From Ruditapes philippinarum (Eukaryota), in NCBI RefSeq assembly GCF_026571515.1, contig NW_026863843.1:310001-374000 (forward strand): a DNA stretch of 64,000 nt. The letters are read 5' to 3'. Below are positions 55,718 to 64,000 of this stretch, piece by piece. The notes beneath the pieces are model-generated. The model was not told the origin of the DNA. It ran no database searches and was given only the letters and a program-made list of their open reading frames with translations. The stretch's first letter is position 1. Each line of letters starts with the position of its first letter. Both the position numbers and the translations under genes were made by a program.

Positions 55718-57482
55718 TTTAATGATCAACATTATTTTTTCAACCAAAAACAAGGCATTTCACTAAATCACCGATTGCTCCGCCCTTTCGCTCTACAAGC
55801 TGTCTACACCTTGTCAAGTTTCTAACATATCACATTAGATAAGCTAAATAAATGGCCCTATCAACAAATAATCAGGCACATTTTTTACTGAAATGTCACA
55901 GAATTTATACCTTTATCTACAGTAAGACTATCATGCTGGGAGTAAAATGATCCAATTCGGTAAAAACAATGGAGTTAATGAAATGTGTACATCCTTTATA
56001 AATAAATGGAAATGTGAGAAAATACATTAGATTAATAATTTATACAAATTCGTTATCAGCTTTAAGTTATTCACTAACATTTAAAATCCCTATTGATTTG
56101 CTCATTTGAAAAACAGTTTTTCTGTGTGTCAATCTAGGTTTACAGGTGGAGGGGGTCCATTTACAATGAGTTTTCCAGCACAAAAATGTAATCATTGTAT
56201 TCTTAATATCAATGATTGTTAATGCAGTTCATTCCTATCAAGTGAAAAAAAAAATGTTTTGGAAAGTATAAAGTTTAAAACACTCAGCAATTTATAACAG
56301 ACATTTTTCTTAGATTTAAAAGGATATAAAAAAGTTACTATGTTATCATTTGTCTCTGCGTGCCCAACATGTATTATCTATGTAATAAATTAATTGATTG
56401 TATCCTCACATTTAGAAACTAATTTTTTTCATGTTGGCATTGTTTTGCTAAGTTGACATTTTATAAATCATAGTGTAAACCATACCTCTCACTACTCCCT
56501 CATATAATGCGTTATTGAAATTTGTTAGACTGCGGTTAGACGACAGATTAAGTGAATTTTATTTAGTTAGTACACATTAACCAAAGTTAGACTAAGCAGA
56601 AATTTGAAAAATACTACAATGTGATTGGACAAAAAATAATGTTGATCATTAATACATGAAGAAAAGATGGGACTATCAAAGATTTTAATGTAGATTGATG
56701 AAACAGTTTTCATACAAATTTTATGTACTATCATCTATAAATTTCATAGTATTAATTTCAGAAATTGATTTTTAATTTTATGAAGAATAGATTCATACAA
56801 TATAATTATGAGGATGTAGATATATGTATCATGTTACACTGTATTAGCCTCTTAAAATACCAAGTAAAGTGTACAATAGTCGACATAATTATAAAACATA
56901 CACTGTATTACTCTCTGGGTTCTCGGGCCCCCAAGGACATATACAAATGTAGCAGATATTACATAATCATTCTTTCATGACATAGCATTTAATAGAAAGT
57001 TATATTAATTTATTAATAATTTACAGTCATTTAAAAACAGGTGCTTTAAAAGCTGTATACGAGACATTTGAAGCAAAACGCTAATACGTACTATACGACA
57101 GGAGTGAATGATATGATATTACAAATGACATATTTTTAGCAAAAACTGACGGGGATAACATTTTTATCATTTTTTGATCGTATCAAAATCGCACGGTCTG
57201 TCCTTCCTGGTCATGTAATGTCCTTTGCAATCAATTGAACACGGTTTGAAGAATTCTATTATTTCTCTTATTTACACCATATATATTAACACATTTAAAC
57301 CATAATTTTAAAACATATGTATATATTAATATATTTGTTGTAAACAACATTTATGATAATTATTGAAATGTTTCAAGTATTTCCATTTTGATGAATACGT
57401 AAATAATCGGCAGTGGAAGTCCTTTCCGATCAGGGATCAGGGAAGCTAAGAAATGAATGCAGACAAACATGTAGTTATAATG

Positions 57483-58948
57483 TGTAGTAAGCAAGTCTAC
57501 AAGATAGATTAAACCACGCCTTTAATATCAAATATCGTCATTGTTTACTTGATGTTTGGGAGTTTATGAGCAACACATACAATAAAATATATAAACCATC
57601 CTTCGGGTCTTGTTTAGTTTGTGTATATAGAAAATATAAATGTTACATTGGCGACGAGGATCTGATATAAAAAAAAAACACTGTGGATTAATCTAAACTG
57701 ACTCTGTGAAAAAAAGCAGATTTGAAAATGGAAAATTTACCAAATTCGATGTTTTTGCTGATGAAAATTCTCTGGGAGTACGATGGGAAAAGTATTTAGA
57801 TAAATTAGAAAACTTATTTGTTGGACTGGGAATAAACACTAGAAAAAGAAAAAAAGCACATTTGCTTCATTATGCAGGAGATGACGTTTACTATATCTAT
57901 GATACATTGAATTGAAAACTACGATGAAAGAAAAATTGGATTAGCAACATACTTTAAGCCAAGAAAAAACACACAATTCGAAATATTCGAATTTTGTAAT
58001 ATGAAGCAGTTGCATTGGGAATCTATCGACCAGTTTGCAACAAGATTACGTCAGAAAGCTAAGAATTGTGAATTTTCAGACTTTGACTCAGAAATTAGAA
58101 GCCAGATCATACAGGGTGTTGTTTGAAACAGCGTTTGACCCTACCCCCAGAATACTCATCCAAACATAGACGAAAAGAAATCACACGGGACGTTTCCAAG
58201 TTTAGATATGTTCATGAAGATCAGGAGCCGGTGCAGACGAAACCTGCAGATAATACATCTTTACCTAGAAATAGGCCACAGAGGAAACGCCGACCGCCGA
58301 GACGTTATGAAAATTAAAAAAAAAGAAAATGGTTTAATCAATGATACCGTTTCTCGTTACAGCTATAAGGGTTAATGACTCCAATGTTTGGGCCATTATA
58401 ATGCTGCTAGCTATCATAGCAGTGTATCATTTATATCCGCTTGCTGGATTTATTAATCTTAGGAGAAAATGACAGCGTATGTGAGAACATTCTTTTATTC
58501 GTTAAATTTATACTTTTGGTTTTTATTAAATTACCTTAATAATTGGTTCTTGTGCGGTGGAACGGAAAAACAAATTATTCTCTTGATAACAATGCTAGCT
58601 AGTTGTTTGAACAAATTTTGTGATTATAATGTAATTTGTTTGATATGTGACATTACGAAAAATAGAAAAAGATATGACAATAAACAATAAGATAATATTT
58701 ATCAAAGAGATGCCCAGTAAATCGCATTGGTTAACTTTTGCTGAAAAGGGAGAAGAGTTTATAACAATAGACTTGCTATATAGCTTATTTCATACCAAAA
58801 AAAATTTATTACCATATGTTGCACATTTAACTTTAAATTTTTGATGATTTAAGTTTATTGATTTAATTGATGAGTTCTAGGAGGATGTAGTGAGCAAGTC
58901 TACAAGATAGATTAAGCCACGCCTTTAATATCAAATATCGATATTGTT
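57483..58948 (+). mobile_element. Internally deleted Gypsy LTR retrotransposon
   Basis: 165-bp 5' LTR (57483-57647, TGTA...TACA), PBS TGGCGACGAGGAT at 57649-57661, decayed gag (RWEKYLDKLENLF...LLHYAG), pol C-terminal tail (RPQRKRRPPRRY), PPT AGGAGGA, and a 3' LTR from 58886 truncated at about 58948. Confidence 0.9.
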
Positions 58949-58961
58949 ATTGTCCAGCATG

Positions 58962-58974
58962 AAAATAAAAAAAA
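58962..58974 (-). terminator. Pol III oligo-T terminator of tRNA-Tyr
   Basis: TTTTTTTTATTTT 3 nt after the discriminator base. Confidence 0.8.
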
Positions 58975-58977
58975 GAG

Positions 58978-59063
58978 TCCCGCGAACCGGATTCGAACCA
59001 GTGACCTAAGGATAACAGCTCTACCACTACAGTCCTCCGCTCTACCAACTGAGCTATCACGGG
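58978..59063 (-). tRNA. trnY-GTA: tRNA-Tyr(GTA) with 13-nt intron (59014-59026)
   Basis: 73-nt cloverleaf: acceptor CCCGTGA/TCGCGGG plus A73, D arm GCTCAGTTGGTAGAGC, anticodon loop CTGTAG^A, T loop TTCGAAT, intron at 37/38. Confidence 0.96.
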
Positions 59064-59399
59064 AAGTTGCAATATAGGTTTTTATCATTATACATAACAT
59101 AATTATTAAATTGTGCAGACAAGGGGAACAACTCGAATAAAATCATTTACTTAAGTTGATACGGGGTATGTTACCTTACTTTGCCAGTTAGTTTAACAAT
59201 ATACAAAATGTTGTGTAAAATTTTTTGTAACATTCATCAGCTTGCCTAAGAGATTAATAGAATCATGTTAAAGGACTATTTAGGAACCTTAACAATAGTA
59301 AAACAGTATATGCCATCAGTCCTTATATCATGTTGTACATTTCATTCTGCAACTTTTCTATGTTGATGTATACAATTTTCAGTTTATTTTTATTCAAAA

Positions 59400-59489
59400 A
59401 GTAGGAATAGTAGGAATATTTGTAAAAACAGTAGAAGTATGGCAAAAAAAGTAGGAAAGTAGGCAAAAGTAGGACTACTTTCAAGCCTG
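59400..59489 (-). mobile_element. Possible hAT-like transposon terminus
   Basis: Minus strand begins CAGGCTTGAAAGTAG, next to repeated AGTAGG subterminal motifs on the plus strand. Partner end not found. Confidence 0.4.
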
Positions 59490-61952
59490 TATAATAAGTG
59501 TTACAATGGCTTTAATATTTGACCTAAAATGACATTAAATAAAAAGGGGTAATCTAAAAGGCTTTTGTCAATGTTTTTTTTTCTAAAAAATATATAACAT
59601 TCAATCCACAGAGGAAATCAAACCATTATCTTTTTCATAGAATTTCAAGTTCCATTAAAAAAAAAACCCCAAAAAAAAAAACAAAAAAAAAAACAAAAAC
59701 CTACAACACAATTTATTTCATCAGAGATGTAGATAACTATCTTACTATCTTGTATCTATGTCTCTGATTACATGAACTTTTCAAGGTATTGAATGAACAT
59801 AAGAACGGATGGGAGGCGTTTTTCCCGACCAGTGCATGTATTACAATAGTAGATCCACTTCTCATATGTTGCTGTTTTAATTAAAGTTATTTTTTTCTGA
59901 CAACATAAATATGTATAATATGTATATAATTAATAATAGAAAAAGCATATTATTAAATGATAAAACCTTTACTGAATGAATGGAATAAACCAAACGAATA
60001 TTATCGTTACTATTGGTTATTTGATAGAATTTCAAGTTTCTGTGCTATAACTTATCTAATTTTAATATTTCACCTTTGTGAAGAAAAGAATATTTAAATT
60101 ATTTATATCAGAGTATACTACATTAATTGACACTGTTGTTTTAATTGACACTGTGATTTACATATAATTAACATACACACACAAAACTTGATATTTCATC
60201 AATATTGAATAATGTACTTTAATGAGGAAGTCCACGTCGCTACAGAAAAACATACCAAAATTGTGCGTACAGTTGGTTTATCAAACCAAATATTAGGCGT
60301 TCAGTAAGAAAAATGGAAATATTGTATATATTGTCGGATAGATATGGAGAACTACTCTTGTATATCGTTTTGTTATAAAAAATAAACATGTTGGGACTTA
60401 AACTAATAGAACATCTCGTTTTAAAACTACTGATACATTATTCGTTTGTATGTGCATATCAGGTTGGCGGTTGAATTTGCAGCAACAAATACCGCGATAA
60501 CTTCCTGAATACTATAAAATTTAGTATTCTATTTTGACGATCATGCCTGATTAGCATGCACAATGCTATTCTTCAAGAAATTACAATAGACAACATATAT
60601 TTGGGGAAAACACATGCTCATACCAACTTTCGTTTTCGCTTTCGTCGGCCATTAGTCCGTATCGCATGATATCACATCGCTTAAAGGAGTATCGCACCGC
60701 TATACGTTCGACCCCCTAATCTCGGAAACCCTCCTTGTGACTTCTTAACTCTAAAGGTTATATAATAAAGCAAATATGCTAAAGTAATTACAATGTATCA
60801 TTTTTCAACTAAGAACAGTGGGGAAAATGTACCTGTAGATGATGAAAACCCTACTTAATTACTCACCACAGACAGACCAATTTACATGGAGGTACTATAA
60901 ATATTTCCCCACGATTTGTGTACCATTTGATGTAGGTCTGGGCCGATTACTTGTGTGTAAATTTTCACATCACTTTTTCCCTCGCTTCGTTTTTTTTCCT
61001 TCAGAATAATTATTTTTGATGTGTAAAATGACCCTAAAATGAAAAGCGTGGCAACGAACAAACATCAATATTCGATTTAATTTTTAGGATACTTTAATAG
61101 CCTCGGTGGAGCTACTTAAATGGTGATATGTTCGGGGTCCTTACTCGACAGCCAAATCTGCTTTTTGTGCTTCAAACTTTAATTTATGGACACTCATTTA
61201 ACATAAACTACATACATACAACACCTTGTGATGTAAGTAAATAATAAAAATAAATAGAAACGGTTTATGTTTCTTCGTCGCGTAGGTTAAAAGATAGTAC
61301 CGAGACCAAAAAGTTTCATACCCCTATTAATTCCCAAGGGGCATATATACATACTGCTAAAAAATAAACGTTATCTTGACTTTGCTTACAGTTGTAAGGA
61401 TGATAGACAAAATGAATTAGATCTACCAACTCTTGGTCATAATTATTTAGGAATTACCATCATGTATTCTGGATATATTTCACAAAATAAATATTTATTT
61501 ACAAGTAACACATTTCGTCGATCCATATGACCATATCTATTAATTTTAAAACATAAAGTTTCTGCTACATGAATATGTGCAATATTTAAGGCGATTTCAA
61601 TGATAGATATTAAGTATGGAACTCGATCAGCTAAAAGTGTCCCTCGAAACATGTGCATGTGGAATTTGTACTTGTAAAATAAATTATCCGGTGTGGCGGG
61701 TTTTTTTAAGAAGACCTATTTATAATACAATAACGGATTATCTTAAATCAGTATATATTTTAACTAGCAGAAAATACATCTTTTATGAATGTCATAGATA
61801 TGTCAAACAAATCTTTGTTCAGATTTTCTCTCAAAGTATTTATAAATTATTATATATTGTATGTATAGTTTATAATTTCATTTAAGAGCAGTATGACCAG
61901 TTTATACGTCATTAAAATTTCAGCTATATCAAATGGTCATGACATTCTTTAT

Positions 61953-62226
61953 TTAAACCACAAAATTTGGGTAATAGTCCTCTTCTTGTATGTCAGGAGA
62001 AGGATGTCGTCTGCCACAGGCTCCTGCAGGTTTCGTTAACCTCTTCAGAATCTTACGCATGGTTTTCCGGGATACTGGGTCACGTGGTGATTCGATGTCT
62101 TGCAGACCTTGTTCATACTCAGTGAAAACTCGTCGGTAATGACCACATCCTCGAGGATTGGATTTTGACCCAGGTGTCTGAGTTAATCTAGCGACCACCT
62201 CGTCTACATAACTTTTGTCAGCTACC
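61953..62226 (-). CDS. Uncharacterised 170-aa protein, exon 2 (terminal)
   Basis: Acceptor gtgttttttatgtttaag, in phase with exon 1, VADKSYVDEVVARLTQ...YYPNFVV*. GC-rich block, with AATAAA overlapping the stop. Confidence 0.72.
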
Positions 62227-62548
62227 CTTAAACATAAAAAACACGAAAACTGTTACACGTTTCATCGTCATCGTAAAAAGTTTAAATATTGTTTTTTAAT
62301 TGCAATTATATTCCATATAACCACCAAGTTATTTAATTATATGCATCTATTCGTTGGAATATTGATGATAGTCATACGTCACGTGACTCATGTACCATTT
62401 GAAATTGAATTAACAAAAGCTAAACTCGTACATGATGTATAGTATATTGCCTCATTAAAGTTATGATGAATTGTTATCACAATACAATCAACATTATTTA
62501 AGGTAAAATTGATGGAATTCTCGCAAAGGTCAAAGACAATCAACTCAC

Positions 62549-62787
62549 CTGAATGCAGGAGCCCGTGGTACGTCGATATCAAATTCTGGCACAAACTCCA
62601 TATTAGGGTTTCTTTTCCTTTCCCTACGTTTTTTAAAACGATCGCTTGCCTCAATTTCTAATGCCAGTAGCTCTGGTCTATATAACTTTTGTCTAGGCGT
62701 GTTTTTGTGCATGGTTTTCTCGCGAGTCGTGTATAAGTGATTAATGTTTTTATCCTGGAGATAGCCATACGTTATGTTAAAAGACAT
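62549..62787 (-). CDS. Uncharacterised 170-aa protein, exon 1
   Basis: ATG at 62787, MSFNITYGY...PRAPAF(R), consensus donor AG|gtgagt in phase 2. Confidence 0.72.
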
Positions 62788-64000
62788 GATTAAATAGTAA
62801 ATGTTACAATACACCACCAATTAACTCATTTATTACATATTGATCCTTTTTATCCCACTTTTTCACTTTTCTGAAATAAATTTGTCAAATACACTTTTAA
62901 ATTTATTGCATAAAATACTTTCACGATAAATTTGCAAATCAAACAATTATGAAATTTCAAGACGTTTTATGCCCCCACTCAAAGATCTAGAGTGCCCTTA
63001 ATCCTTCTCTATTCACGTAAAGCCGAAGTTCTGTCCTTTCGTGACATCACTTGATAATTTACAATTGAAAGTTTGTAGTTTGAGAGGCATTTAATGATTT
63101 TTCATTTAAAAAATATACAAATAAATCTTAAACACTCTTTATACAACAAAGTTAATAGATATAACTACATGTACATCAAGTTCTTCATTTTATTTTTTAT
63201 TGTATTGTTAATGATAAATGCAGAAAAGAAAATAAATAATTCAAGAATCTTTCATCTTATATCCAAAACATCACAACAGTTAGAGTAGCAAATGTTACTG
63301 AAGAAAAATTAAAGCCACATAATCGTAATCAAACTATAAAATACGTCCTGAAGTCTTTAAAAGATTATCAAAAGTGATAGACCTCTTAGATCAAATCTAT
63401 TTGTTCTGAGTGAAAGTTTTGAACTTTGTAAGGACAGTATGTTTACTTTATCTTTAAAATCATGTCTGGATATCGCAATGCATTCAGAAGTTTGTACATT
63501 CAGCAACTAGCTGTATTTACGGACCAATTCAACCCTGGTTTTTCAATTAAAACGTCTTCACCATTAACTGTATAAACAGTATTGAAATTTCCATATCTAT
63601 ATGAATAGTAATCTTCTATTAGAGTAAGAACGATTAATATTTGAATGTTTACTACTTGATGTACAAATGACCTTACAACTTTTATAATAATTCCTATACA
63701 ATCTGATGCAGAACTCATTCGCTGTATGTTTAATGTTAATACTTTATACAGTCGTGATTAAAATACCGATTTTAGATTTTAAATTGCATATTAATATCAT
63801 TAAATCATAACACTTGGGGTTGGTATAAAACTGTTATATTTCAGTATCAAATGTGGGCGGAGCTAACCGTTTTGCATCAAGGCAACAAGTCATGGTGTAC
63901 CGCTATATATCAACAGATTAATTCTGTAACATAAACTTGTTTTATAAACTGTCTTTTAAACTTCTTTCATGAACTATATAATTAATTAATTATTTTATGA

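Noticed and set aside
62204-62208. Alternative acceptor tgtag for the orphan gene
   Set aside because: Gives RRGGR then stop and lacks a pyrimidine tract, whereas the acceptor at 62227 is in frame

Overview
This is AT-rich, intron-containing animal DNA. The repeat families point to a bivalve mollusc (inference), and I found no prokaryotic-type system. Four protein genes can be rebuilt by hand from splice signals. (1) A minus-strand taperin/phostensin-like gene: one 2.6-kb coding exon at 14414-16990, with its C-terminal exons not found. (2) Head-to-head with it, a complete 6-exon plus-strand CCDC105/TEKTL1 gene (20231-27288, 414 aa). (3) A complete 8-coding-exon minus-strand Rab14 (39667-48560, 214 aa). 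(4) An unrecognised 2-exon minus-strand gene (61953-62787, 170 aa). The window also holds an intron-containing tRNA-Tyr(GTA), two decayed Gypsy LTR-retrotransposon pieces (one ending about 30 bp from the tRNA), satellite-carrying non-autonomous elements, MITEs, SINE fragments and several minisatellites. The most unusual observation is a five-fold tandem duplication of a TEKTL1 splice acceptor plus exon start, where only the last copy keeps the reading frame. All family assignments are from recalled sequence motifs, not database searches.
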